63,044 nt of DNA, filler included, from Thraustochytrium aureum (GCA_012862495.1; 6 parts of 3 records of this genome joined end to end with filler, not necessarily neighbours in it); one strand, 5' to 3'; counted from the first letter of the whole stretch, positions 23,633 to 34,973 are shown. The notes: generated by a model not told the origin, from the sequence alone. Translations and numbers: made by a program.

Positions 23633-25261
23633 TTATGTAATGCAGCTTGGAGATGGTAGATCACTCGCGGCGGGGAAGCTTTCGGAGAACGTGGATCGCA
23701 ATGCCATGAAAGGAGAAGCAACTGGGGAGCCTTCGGTCCTCACCTCCGCGATGGAAGTTGTCCTCGTGCTAGTGATTGTTGTGCTGTTTTCTGCCGTCTG
23801 TTTCCGATCCAGAGGCTTGCGGGCTGTACTAATCGCTGTGGCGTGGTTTCGGCGCGACGTCGCCCTACTGACCGTGAGCGCACGGAACTTGAAGTACGTC
23901 AGGATCAGTAGAACTTGATAAATAGAAAAGGTCCAGAGCAGCATGGTTTCCGGGGTTGCGGTTCCCACGAGAGACATAAAGCCCGCGATGAACAGCACGA
24001 GAAGCAAGTTGCCAATCGCGCACATCGCCGCCCAGTAAGTGTACGCCTTGATGACCAAAACCGCCATGTCCTCTCCGCCGGAATTGGCCCTTTGGACGGC
24101 TGACATGCCGCTCGCACGGGCAACGTTAAACACAGTCGACCTAAACCGAATAATCGCCACAATGAGTCGCAGAGTTACGACCGCAACAACCAAAGACGAC
24201 ACCCCACTGAGAGCAGCGAAAGACATCGCGCGAAACGTGGTTGCCACTACGCCCTTTGCCAGGCCCGGCCCGATGCAGATGACAGCAAAGCCGATTACCT
24301 GGAACCGCTTTGTTCTCAAGACGTTTTCTGCAGGCGCAAAGCTTTTGGCTCCATCCCGCAGCGCTTGCCAGTGCATTGCGACGAGGACGGTGGAGAAGTT
24401 GTCAAGCCCGAGAGCGATGAGCTCCAAGAACCTCTTGACCTCGATGGGTATCGGGTTAATGCCGAACCAGTACCCAAAGACGAGGACCTCGCCGCGGCCA
24501 ACGGTTCCAACCAGGATACCTCCTGCAATATACACGCAAACCATTTCAAGAAGCCCTGCGCAAACGATGAGCATCATCCGACTTTGAATGTAATCTCGCC
24601 GTTTCGTTCCCATCGCTCGAATTGGTTTGAAAACGCGGCTGTAGATCATCTTTCCCATCACGGCCCACTGAATTAACAGGACAAAGTCCACGAGTGGGTT
24701 GTACATGAGGCTGTACGACCTCCAGACCCGAAACGGGTCGCAGGAGTGGACTGTGATGTCCGTGAGGTTTTCGGCACCTTGAGCAGCCAGAACTTGGTAC
24801 AACGCGGAGCCGCTGTCTAGGACAGGGATGCTTCCCTCGCCAGAGACCAACTCCCTGTATCGAAGATACATGCCAGGAATCTCGCGCGTTGCAGATGTCG
24901 AGAGAATCGCAACAGCGCCAGCCGCCTCCAAGTTGTGCGTTGCCGTGCCCAGTGCGCACCCGTCCAACCCTGGGTTCACAAAGTCGAGCGCTCCGATGTC
25001 TCCCATGTAGACCATCTTGCCTACGTACTGGGTCGTCGCAATAGCGGAGCACGGCGAGTGCTCGAGCGGCACGACCGCAACGTTTTGCAGCATGCTGCAT
25101 TTCGTGAGGTTTTGCGACCCGACAAACTCGGAGAAGATGCTCAGCGTGTAGTTGCCTGCCGCCGAGGACGGCGCGACAACTTGGATGACACCGCCCTCAG
25201 CCTGTAGGATCTGCGCAGCTGCAGTCACCGCGCAGAGCACGGCCGCGCGGGCCCTGCTCAT
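23633..25261 (-). CDS. Signal peptide + PA (protease-associated)-like domain + multipass (~6-7 TM) membrane protein
   Basis: Hydrophobic leader; PCS...YVGKMVYM...GC...NLEAAGAVAIL...IPV pattern of PA domains; several hydrophobic helices; Ser/Thr-rich C-tail. Confidence 0.65.
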   Translation of the reverse strand: MSRARAAVLCAVTAAAQILQAEGGVIQVVAPSSAAGNYTLSIFSEFVGSQNLTKCSMLQNVAVVPLEHSPCSAIATTQYVGKMVYMGDIGALDFVNPGLDGCALGTATHNLEAAGAVAILSTSATREIPGMYLRYRELVSGEGSIPVLDSGSALYQVLAAQGAENLTDITVHSCDPFRVWRSYSLMYNPLVDFVLLIQWAVMGKMIYSRVFKPIRAMGTKRRDYIQSRMMLIVCAGLLEMVCVYIAGGILVGTVGRGEVLVFGYWFGINPIPIEVKRFLELIALGLDNFSTVLVAMHWQALRDGAKSFAPAENVLRTKRFQVIGFAVICIGPGLAKGVVATTFRAMSFAALSGVSSLVVAVVTLRLIVAIIRFRSTVFNVARASGMSAVQRANSGGEDMAVLVIKAYTYWAAMCAIGNLLLVLFIAGFMSLVGTATPETMLLWTFSIYQVLLILTYFKFRALTVSRATSRRNHATAISTARKPLDRKQTAENSTTITSTRTTSIAEVRTEGSPVASPFMALRSTFSESFPAASDLPSPSCIT

Positions 25262-25358
25262 GGACCCAGCCGACGACTAGCCTCAGAGACTCCAACTTGC
25301 CGCACGAAGACCAGCGCCGACCGACCCTGCTTGCTGGCGCCCTAGCGCCGACCGACCC

Positions 25359-25443
25359 TGCTTTGTGCGGTTCGTCGGAGCTTGACTCGAACTGACAACT
25401 GCTTTGTGCGGTTCGTCGGAGCTTGACTCGAACTGACAACTGC
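25359..25443 (+). repeat. Exact 41-bp tandem duplication upstream of the PA-TM gene
   Basis: tgctttgtgcggttcgtcggagcttgactcgaactgacaac at 25359-25399 and 25400-25440; a 20-bp direct repeat (agcgccgaccgaccctgctt) lies just before it. Confidence 0.9.
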
Positions 25444-26434
25444 AGGAGTTGGCCGAGCTGACGCCCAACGAGCAAATCCATTCCCAAGCAGAAGCGCTTG
25501 CCCAATCCTTTCAAGATAGGCATAACAAAAACGGAGAGCCACCAGAGCTAATCTCTTTCTCTCTGCTCTACTGCTAGTAGCTAGAGCAAAGTAGAGACCT
25601 ATACCAACAGCTCGAGGAGAGAGTCACGTCCGCGGTGAATTCATCGCGGATCCGTTGCGCGATGCTCAGCCTGGGCGAAAATACCACCTCGCCGTCCCGA
25701 CTCCCAACCCACCTGCTCACCGGAACTTGTACACCGCCAAACAAACACCAAAACACCACAAAATAAACCCCAATTCCATCACAATCCCTCTATTCACAAA
25801 AGACCCTGGTTAAAACCACCAATAGAGGGCCATCGCATAGTCCCTCTATTCACAAAAGACCCTCGANNNNNNNNNNNNNNNNNNNNNNNNNNNNNNNNNN
25901 NNNNNNNNNNNNNNNNNNNNNNNNNNNNNNNNNNNNNNNNNNNNNNNNNNNNNNNNNNNNNNNNNNNNNNNNNNNNNNNNNNNNNNNNNNNNNNNNNNNN
26001 NNNNNNNNNNNNNNNNNNNNNNNNNNNNNNNNNNNNNNNNNNNNNNNNNNNNNNNNNNNNNNNNNNNNNNNNNNNNNNNNNNNNNNNNNNNNNNNNNNNN
26101 NNNNNNNNNNNNNNNNNNNNNNNNNNNNNNNNNNNNNNNNNNNNNNNNNNNNNNNNNNNNNNNNNNNNNNNNNNNNNNNNNNNNNNNNNNNNNNNNNNNN
26201 NNNNNNNNNNNNNNNNNNNNNNNNNNNNNNNNNNNNNNNNNNNNNNNNNNNNNNNNNNNNNNNNNNNNNNNNNNNNNNNNNNNNNNNNNNNNNNNNNNNN
26301 NNNNNNNNNNNNNNNNNNNNNNNNNNNNNNNNNNNNNNNNNNNNNNNNNNNNNNNNNNNNNNNNNNNNNNNNNNNNNNNNNNNNNNNNNNNNNNNNNNNN
26401 NNNNNNNNNNCTCGCTCGGCGCGGCACGAGCAGG

Positions 26435-28295
26435 ATGAACAGGTACAAGGTGACAAACCAACTGGGCGATGGGACGTATGGGAGCGTCCTGAAAGCCGTA
26501 AACAAGAGCACCGGCGAGGTGGTGGCAATCAAAAAGATGAAAAAAGCGTTCAGCAACTGGAACGAGTGCATGCAGCTGCGCGAGGTGCAGAGCCTGAAAA
26601 AGCTCAACCACGCCAACATAGTCAGGCTCAAAGAGGTCATTCGCGAGAACGACGAGCTTTTTTTTGTATTCGAGTACATGTCGGAAAACCTGTACGAAAC
26701 CATGAAGGCGCGAACGAAGATGCTCCCCGAGGCCTCGATCCGAAACATGATGTACCAAATCCTGCAGGGGCTCGCGTTCATGCACAAGTTCGGCTTCTTC
26801 CACCGCGACATCAAGCCAGAAAACCTGCTCTGCCGCGGCGAACAAGTCAAGATCGCGGACTTTGGGCTCGCCCGCGAGATCCGCTCGCGGCCACCATACA
26901 CCGAGTACGTCTCGACGCGGTGGTACCGTGCCCCGGAAGTATTGTTACGATCTACGTCGTACAACTCGCCCATCGACCTTTGGGCCGTTGGGACAATCAT
27001 GGCCGAGCTCTTCACTCTGCGCCCGCTCTTCCCCGGCGCCTCCGAGCCTGACGAGCTGTACAAGATCTGCAGCGTGCTTGGCTCGCCCACGCAGCAGTCG
27101 TGGCCAGAGGGCCTCAAGCTAGCTGCGGCGATGGGGTACAAGTTTCCGCAGTTTGTGGCGACGCAGTTGGACCAGCTCATCCCGCAGGCAAGCCCCGATG
27201 CCATCGGGCTCATACAAGAGATGCTGCGCTACGATCCCATGAAGCGCCCTACCGCGGCGCAAGCGCTTCAGCACCCTTTCTTCCAGCGCCATCTTCGGAT
27301 CCCGCCGCCCGTGTCAGCGCAAATCGACTCGGAACGCGCTGTCGAAGACGCGGCGTCGAAAGAGAACAGTCGAGGCAACTCGCTCGCTCGCGCCGCGACC
27401 AAGGTCGAGGCGGACTTGTCACAGACCGGCTCTTCCGCGACCTCGTCGAGCGGGCCCCTCCTCTGCTGCTGCCCAAATCCCTTCTGGGGAGCCACCACAC
27501 GGTTTCGGGACCATTCCTGTTGGCCCTGGCGCGGCTTCCTTGCTTTCGGCTGCGCCCGGGCACACGGCGGCTGTGTCCAAGCCAATACTGGCGGCAGGCG
27601 GTTTTGCGACCTCGTATGGCGCCAACGCGGGGTCGCACGGCGCTGCTGGAGCCACGACTGGGCTTGCTCCCTATTCTGGCGCGGCGTTTGGCAGGCCTGC
27701 CGGCCGCTACTCCGCAGTCGGGGCAGGGGACAGCGGCGGGAGCGGCGGGAGCGGCGGTTCGGGACTCTCCTCCGCGTCAAAATTCGCTTCTTCAAAGTTT
27801 GGCGCGGGAAACGCGGGGACGTCGGCGGGCGCCCGATACGGCGCGCTCACGGGGGACGAGCTAGCATGTTCGCCGAGCAAGTTTGGGTCGAGCTCGCCAA
27901 GCAAGTTCGCCACGAGCTCTGCAGGCAAGTTTTCTGGCCCCGCGTCAGCGAGCAAGTTTGGGGTCGGAAGCACTTCGACGGGCGCATCGAGTGCGTATGC
28001 GGGCTCTGGGTTCGGGCGGCACGCGGCGGCTGCGTCTTCCGCGGCAGGAGGGCTGGGTAGTGGTGGCTCTGGTGCCAGCGCAAAGTTCGGTCGTAGCCAC
28101 GGAGCCCTCGCAAAAGCTGGCGGGAGCATGTTTGCCAAAACCAAGCTGTCGGGCTCGCCGACAGTGAGCGGGGGCGCGGGGTTGAGCAGTACGGGCGGCG
28201 CTGGGGCGTTCCCGGGGCGCGGGCTTCAACCGGCGCAGCCTGCTGGCGGCCAGTCGGCATATGCTGGTACTGGGTTTGGACGCCACAAGTTCTAG
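26435..28295 (+). CDS. MAK: MAK/ICK (RCK family) Ser/Thr kinase with Gly/Ser-rich tail; indel near 27455
   Basis: [67 protein letters not shown]; the tail continues in the frame of ORF 27540-28295. Confidence 0.9.
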
Positions 28296-28532
28296 CTAGC
28301 TTGCTGACTGCACAGAACCAGAACAAAATGTGTCCGCCTTGCGCCCTCGGCCGCCCACTTGCCCTAGCACGCTTGGAGCCGGCGCCTCGCACGAAGCGCG
28401 AGCAATGCTTTCGGTCGACCAGGCCAGCGAAACCAGCCAACAAACAAACAAACCATGCTGTACTTTCTTTGCCGCTTCTCCACGATCTACCAAAACTGCA
28501 GCGAAACAGCCGCCCTGAGCGAGTCTCTAGAG

Positions 28533-29202
28533 TTACAGTTCGACAGCATCATTCGCCTTCAAACCAGAAGAGCGATTCCTCTTGCTGCGTCTGGCGCAAG
28601 CGAGTGGCGGCGGGTCGCCCAATCCTCTCGTGGTCGTCGGCGGTGCGTCCCGCTGCAGCCTACGGTTGCCCTGCGCGGCTCCGCGACTAGCGGCCTCGTC
28701 GCTCTCGCTCTCGCCCTCGCGCAGGGGTGGGGCTGTCGACTCGACCTTTTTCGGCCTTCCTTTCGCCAGCATAGGCGCCAGACCAGCCAGCGGCCCGACC
28801 GCATCCTCCGAGGGAACGAGGACGCGGCGGCGCTTGCGATTGAGCGCCCGCTCGCGGCTCCTGGCCTCCTGCTCCACAGCGGCGGCGCCGCGCCTGTGCC
28901 GCGTGCACCAGACCTTGCCCTTGCCGTCCGAGTCTGGGTCTGGCTGCTTGGCGTGCTGCGTGCACCCCGGCGCCTTGCAGCGCTTGTTCCTGACGTCTGC
29001 GGTCCCTTTCGGCGCGTGCTGCGCGCACCATTTACGTGCTCTAGCGCTCGCCGACGCGTACGAGGCGACCTTGCAGCAGCCTTTGTGGCTGCAGCGCCGA
29101 CCGGGAAGCGCGCTCCCTTCTGGTCGGTGCGCCACGCACCACCGCTTCGGGCCAGCGCCTCCAGCGCCCCTGCACAGGGCGAACTTTTCGCACCCGTCCA
29201 TT
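28533..29202 (-). CDS. Cys/His repeat protein resembling EsV-1-7 repeats (5'-partial)
   Basis: Three C-x3-GC-x~14-WC-x2-H units (first one partial), including KWCAQHAPKGTADVRNKRCKAPGC; basic RKRRR and KGRPKK downstream. Confidence 0.6.
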
Positions 29203-29302
29203 NNNNNNNNNNNNNNNNNNNNNNNNNNNNNNNNNNNNNNNNNNNNTTAATTAATTAANNNNNNNNNNNNNNNNNNNNNNNNNNNNNNNNNNNNNNNNNN
29301 NN
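29203..29302. other. Artificial contig-joining linker
   Basis: 44 N + TTAATTAATTAA + 44 N. Confidence 0.97.
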
Positions 29303-29369
29303 TCGGTTGGGCCTGTTGCTGGGTTGGGGACGGCGCGCTGACAGATGGTGCTGCGGGTTGATTCCACAG

Positions 29370-29916
29370 GGCGTTCGATGAGGTCACCGTGACCGACATC
29401 GCGCTGCAGGACTACATGGCGGCGACCAGCCCCAACGAGGTGTACCTGCCGCACACCGCTGGGCGGTACCAGATGAAGCGCTTCCGCAAGGCCAAGTGCC
29501 CGCTCGTCGAGCGCCTCGTGTGCGCCTTGATGTTCCACGGCCGCAACGCCGGCAAGAAGCTGATGGCGGTCCGCATCGTGCGCCACGCGCTCGAGATGAT
29601 CCACATCCTGACCGACCAGAACCCGATGCAGGTTCTCGTCAACGCCGTTGCCAACGCCGGCCCCCGTGAGGACTCCACCCGTGTCGGCTCGGCCGGTATC
29701 GTGCGCCGCCAGGCCGTCGACGTGTCGCCCTTCCGCCGCGTCAACCAGGCGCTCTACTTTATCGCGATCGGCGCGCGTGAGGCCGCCTTCCGCAACATCA
29801 AGTCGATTGCTGAGTGCCTCGCCGACGAGATCATCAACGCCTCCAAGGGCTCGAGCAACTCGTACGCGATCAAGAAGAAGGACGAGTGCGAGCGTGTCGC
29901 CAAGGCCAACCGGTAA
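29370..29916 (+). CDS. RPS5: 40S ribosomal protein S5 (uS7), last exon
   Basis: [64 protein letters not shown]; preceded by GCTGAC branch point and CACAG acceptor ending at 29369. Confidence 0.97.
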
Positions 29917-30454
29917 ACGCCGTCACGGGGCAGCTTGTCGTTCCTTTGCCGTCTGCGTCGCCTTGCGTCAAACCGCGCTGGCCGCCCCACACAATTCCGA
30001 TATTCCCCCTCTCCTTACTGTATTGTCCCGTTCCCTCGAGCTCGCGCAACAGCCTCCCGCTTCTTCGCTGCTTGCTGTGCTCAACGATGCAGGGCCCAGG
30101 TGCGCAGGCAGGTCTGCTGCGGGCTCCGTTACGCATCGGGCTGCGCCCGCTGGCAGGCCGTCTGTCTCGCTGTGCACGGTGGACGACATTCCGGCTGGGC
30201 ATCGACATCGCCAAGGGGCCTTTGCGCGGGCTGCGCAGATCCGGTTTTGCGCGTGCGCTCTCGCGCCCCCAGCGCACTCGCTCCGCCGCGAAGGCCTTCT
30301 GCTTCGAGTAGTCGCCCGCTGCCGCCGCTGTCGCCGCTGTTGTCGCCGCTCCCGCTGGTGGGGAGGCGGCGTGCCGGCCGGGTTCGGGGATCGAGCGTTA
30401 GTCGGGTCGCACAGGCACGCGTTGCGAGGCCGCCGCCGCTGCGGGGCTGGCGCG

Positions 30455-31294
30455 ATGGAGAAGGTGCAGACGCTTCGCAACTACCGCACGGAGAACTTGA
30501 AGGACTACAACATTATGGTGGAGTACAAGCTGCTCAAGGAGCTGGCGCCGCCCGGCGTGTACCTGATGCCCGAGTTCGACAATTTGCGCGTCTACTACGG
30601 CGTCATTTTCCTCGAGATGGGCCTGTACCGCAACGGAATCTTCAAGTTCAAGCTCACGCTTCCCCCGGCGTACCCGGCGGACGGGGCCCGGCCCAACCTG
30701 ACCTTCTACAGCAAAGTGTTCCACCCGCTCGTCAACCCTGGAACGCTGGAGCTCGACTTGGCCGGCAAGTTTCCCATGTGGCGCTCTGGTACGCACCACA
30801 TTGCGAGCGTGCTCAAGTTTCTCAAGCAGATATTCTACCTCAAAGATTATGCCGTCACCAGGGCGGCGAACCGGGAGGCCGCCGAGATGTTTACGAACGA
30901 CCGCAACAAGTTCCTCTCTCGCGTCGAAACCTGCGTAGCTGCCTCTGTGGAGCGGCGGCACCACAACGATCCCAACTCAAGCATCATCTTCACAGAGTAC
31001 AACGTGCAGCACGATGTGATTCTCGACAGGATCCTGCGCGCAGGCGCGAAGCGGCAGCAGCCGGTGCCGAGCTCGGACAGCGGCCCTCAGGTCTCGATCA
31101 GCGACGCGCGCGTGGAGCAAGAGGCACGAACAAGGCCGCCGGTGCCGCCGGGAGCAGAGTTGACGGGCGACGCTTCTGCTGTCGCACCGAGCGCCGAGCC
31201 GCGTGACCTTGACGAGGCCACGCTCGCCATGGCCGCGCTCACCACTGCAGAGGCGGCGGTTGGGGACGCGATGGGCGCTGACGCGGAGCTGTGA
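30455..31294 (+). CDS. AKTIP: AKTIP/FTS (crossbronx) inactive E2-fold protein
   Basis: EYKLL...PPGVYLMP...YYGVIF..GLY.NGIFKF...YP...VFHPLV...ELDL; Asp at the position of the E2 catalytic Cys. Confidence 0.85.
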   Translation: MEKVQTLRNYRTENLKDYNIMVEYKLLKELAPPGVYLMPEFDNLRVYYGVIFLEMGLYRNGIFKFKLTLPPAYPADGARPNLTFYSKVFHPLVNPGTLELDLAGKFPMWRSGTHHIASVLKFLKQIFYLKDYAVTRAANREAAEMFTNDRNKFLSRVETCVAASVERRHHNDPNSSIIFTEYNVQHDVILDRILRAGAKRQQPVPSSDSGPQVSISDARVEQEARTRPPVPPGAELTGDASAVAPSAEPRDLDEATLAMAALTTAEAAVGDAMGADAEL

Positions 31295-31666
31295 TCGCGT
31301 AATCCCTGTTCATACCGCTCTGAGCCTTTGGCAGACCGTTTGGGAGCCAGCCCGTCGTCGAGCGAATGCGGCCAGAGTGACTGCAGACCTTCCTAGTTGA
31401 TCTGGAACGTAAAAATCATCTGCCCGCGCTGTACTCTATGGGGTGCTTGAGATTGAGATCGGGTGCGGCCGGGCAGGGTAGGAGAAGGAAGGGAGGGTGT
31501 CAGCTCTTTGTTGCGGGATGGATAACTTCATGGTCGGCCAGTCGGCTAGCCAGCCAGCCTCGCCGCGCCTTGGCCGAGCTTGTGTCTCTCTCCAGCTCCG
31601 GTAGAGAGAGAACGAGGAGACGGCGCGGCGCTGCGCAGGCACTGAGCTCGCAACGCCTCGCTTGCT

Positions 31667-32876
31667 CTAGAGGGCGGGCGAAGCCCTCTCGCCCAAGACG
31701 AGATCAATCGACTTGATCTCGATAAACTCGACCAGACCCTCGAAACTGTCATGGTGGTGCGGAGCCGTGTGCATGCGGTCGACAACATCAAAACCCTCCA
31801 CAACCTTTGCGAAGCAAGAGTCCGCCTCTGCCGGGAGATCGTAGCTCCCTTGCCCTCCAGGGCCGTGGTTGCGCGTATTGTCAACAGTTGAGATGTAAAA
31901 GTCCGGCCCACCCGGGCGCCCCGCGAGTCCCAGCGTGTACTTTTTGTGGGGAAAGTTCTCGTGATACTCTTGGAACGGAATCGACGCGCCTTGGTGAGGC
32001 AGCCCGTTGAAGCGCTGGTGCACGGCCTTCCTGCGTGGTGTCTGCGGCGAGGCCTGGAGGACGTGGCCGGCGTTTCGGATGAACGAGCACCCGTTCCATA
32101 GTCCAGCCTCCACTTGCGACATAAAGTAAAGCACGCCAGTGGGCATCAGCGACGAGGGCGCCATCTCGATCAGGATGCTTCCCTCGCTAGGGGCTCCCAT
32201 GCTCGCGGGGAACCCGACCGTGATCCTCGCGCGATACGGCTCGCGCGCCCCAAACTTGCGCTTGANNNNNNNNNNNNNNNNNNNNNNNNNNNNNNNNNNN
32301 NNNNNNNNNNNNNNNNNNNNNNNNNNNNNNNNNNNNNNNNNNNNNNNNNNNNNNNNNNNNNNNNNNNNNNNNNNNNNNNNNNNNNNNNNNNNNNNNNNNN
32401 NNNNNNNNNNNNNNNNNNNNNNNNNNNNNNATCGCCTTGTCCCGCTTCTCCAGCGTGGCGAGCCTTTTTTCATTTTCGCCGTCAGCCTCGTTCGCTGCGG
32501 GCGCGCTTGCTTTGGCCGCGAGCGCTTTTTCCGCGTGCCTGAGCTCGCGGCGCAGGGCTTCCAGTTCGTCATCCTTGCGCTTGATCCTGCCCTCGAGTAT
32601 GCCGACCCGCTTCGCCGCAGCGCCTTCCGTGCCGGCAGGGCGTGCGAGGTTGCTCGCCGCGTGGAGCTCGTCGTGCGCGGGCAGGCCAGCCCCCGTGGCG
32701 GCCTCCGCCGAGCGCCCAGCCAGCAAGTAGATGCAAAGCAAGGCCAGCACGGCGGTCGCGCACGCGTGGAACATCTGCCATTGCGACCACTTGCTGCGCG
32801 GCGAGAGCGCCTTCGGGCTCACGCTGCCGCCATTGTTGTCGAACCCGCCTCGCGGGTCCCGGCCGCGCCACGCCAT
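31667..32876 (-). CDS. Type II membrane protein: TM + coiled coil + divergent cyclophilin-like domain (spans N gap)
   Basis: TM ACATAVLALLCIYLLAG; domain IEMAP..LMP...F...NGCSFIRNAGHVLQA, FQEY...PH..YTLG.AGRPGGPDFYI, CFAKVVEGFDVVDRM. Confidence 0.7.
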
Positions 32877-33065
32877 GGCGCCGACCTGTTCGCCTCCAGC
32901 AGCTGCAGCAGCAGCACCACCACCAGCACCACCAGCACCAGCGCTAGCGACGACGAGGGCTCGGCTACGCGGTCGCGGGGGCCGCTCTGCCGCGCGCTTC
33001 GGCTGCGAGGAGTCGCTTGCGAGCAGGCTGGATCCTGCAGATTTGCTTGCCCGAGTTGGCTCGAA

Positions 33066-34758
33066 ATGTCGCTCGACGGGGCGGCGGCCGCGCTGGCCGA
33101 GCTGGCCGCCAAGCAGCGATGGGACCTGGACGGCGAAGAGGCCGCCTCCATCCAGGAGGTTTCGCTTCAGCGGTAAGTCGCGCCGCGTCCCGACACGTGC
33201 GGCTTGGCTGGCGGTTGCAGACGGTCGATAATGGCGCGGCTCCCGCGCGCGCCGCGCAACAGCTCGGGCCGACGCGCGGGAATCGCGGCGTCGCAGGCGG
33301 GCGCAGAGGCTGACGCGAGCGTGGGACGCGGGACGCGGCAGCCGCAAGCTTGGGTCGCTCGGGAACGCGCTGGAAAGGCTGTCGGGCCTCGTGACGCTCG
33401 ACCTCTCGAGGAACGCGCTCGTGTCGCTTGCGGGGCTCGAGCACCTGGACAAGCTCGAGTCGCTCAACGTGTACCTGAACAGGATATCGGACGGGCGGGA
33501 GCTTTTGCGGCTCGAGGCCAACCCGCGGCTCCGGCGCCTTGACGCGCGCCTCAACCCAGTCGTTCGCGGGACCTGGTATCGGTATTTCGTCATCCAGCGC
33601 CTTGGCGGCCAGCTCAGCATACTCGACGAGCAAGACATTGTCGCCTACGAGCGAAGGAAGGCTGCGAGCATGCCCTCGATCGCTCCTGCTGACCTCGATC
33701 TGCGCGTCGGCAGCGATGACGACGACGACTCGAGTAGCTCGGGCGGAGAAGAGGCCAGCCGCGCCGAGGAGCACGCCGCCGCTGACGAGGCCGCCAGCGC
33801 AGACGAGGCAGAGAGCGATGGCGGAGTCAGCTCGGACCTTGCGTCGACAGCGGCTAGCGCGAGGAGCGGGGCGCCGACGGCCCTCGCCGCCGCCGCGCCG
33901 CCGCCGCAACGCTCGAGCCAAGTAGTAGTTGCTGAGGCAGGGCCTCGCGGCGACCACGCCCCGTCGTTAGCGCTGCCAAGAAGGCGCGAGGGGAGCCGCG
34001 CGACCGGTATGGAGCGCGTGCCCTCCCTTTTCAGCCCGATGGACGGCGCCGAGCTCGCAAACAGCCTGAACGAAGACGCGATGCCGGTTGGCCTGCCTCG
34101 AGGCGGATTGCCAGGCGCACATAGCAGCATGCAACACGGCGGCAAACGCGCGACCGAGGATGAGGAGGAGGAGGAAGAGGAAGAGGATGGCGCCCCCGAG
34201 ACGCTGGACCAGGCCCTTTTGGCTGTGCTGAAGTTTGCGCGCAAGATGGAGTCGCCGATTTCGCGCCTCCAGATGGACGCGCAAATGGAGGGCCTCAATT
34301 CGCGCCTCGTCCAGCTCGTCTCGTGCCGCAAGGCAGAAAAGCTTGAGCACGAGGCAAAGTTGGGCGCGCTTCGTGAGCGCGCCCGACTCGCCGATACGCT
34401 CGAGCAGCGCGCGCTCGCGAGCGAGGCGGAGTCGAAACGCTTAGGTAGCGAGTGCGAGCGCCTCGCGCAAGAGTGCGAGCGGCTGCGGGAAGGTTTGCGT
34501 GGCGAAAAGTCGGAGAAGACCGGCAGCGACGCTGTGCAGGACCAGGTCCCAGCAATGCTCCTCGAGGCTCACAACGCGCTGATCGCTGCAAATCGCGCGC
34601 TGTTGCAGGACCTCGACGAAACAAAGGCGCGATATCGGGCGGACGAGATCGTCTGGGAATCAAACTTCAACCGGCTCAAAGCTTTGGTCGCTGGCTCTCA
34701 AGTGGGGGAAGGCGCCAGCCCCGGTACCCCGGAAGCGCCGGTCGGAGCGCTCGAATAG
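33066..34758 (+). CDS. CEP72: CEP72/LRRC36-like centrosomal LRR + coiled-coil protein (intron 33173-33341)
   Basis: LDLSRNALVSLAGLEHLDKLESLNVYLNRIS...LDARLNPVV...YRYFVI and C-terminal LLEAHNALIAANRALLQDL match CEP72 blocks. GTAAGT...GCTGAC...GGCAG intron keeps the frame. Confidence 0.8.
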
Positions 34759-34973
34759 GCATTTTTTGTTGTCAGCAGAACCTCGCGTCGGTTGTTCAGG
34801 GCGAGCGACGATTTGCGGCGAGCTGCAGGCCGGCAGGCAGTGCCCTGTCGCCGATTGAAAGATTGCGCTTTGCGTTTTTGTTGAAGTAAAAATCTGATTC
34901 ACACGGCACCCGTCCGAGTCAAACTGGCGCACGAATCTCCCCCTCCCCCCTCCCCCCCACACACTGCGCCAGC

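Noticed and set aside
25313..25443. CRISPR-like array
   Set aside because: Two adjacent 41-bp copies with no spacer, no cas genes and a eukaryotic context; this is a simple tandem duplication.
25785..25865. Repeated tccctctattcacaaaagaccct next to a gap as a transposon terminus
   Set aside because: Only two direct copies are visible, with no TIR, target-site duplication or transposase; the rest is hidden in Ns.
27540..28295. FGR/FG repeats as an amidated neuropeptide-like precursor for PAM
   Set aside because: No signal peptide or dibasic flanks; it reads as the cytosolic tail of the MAK kinase.
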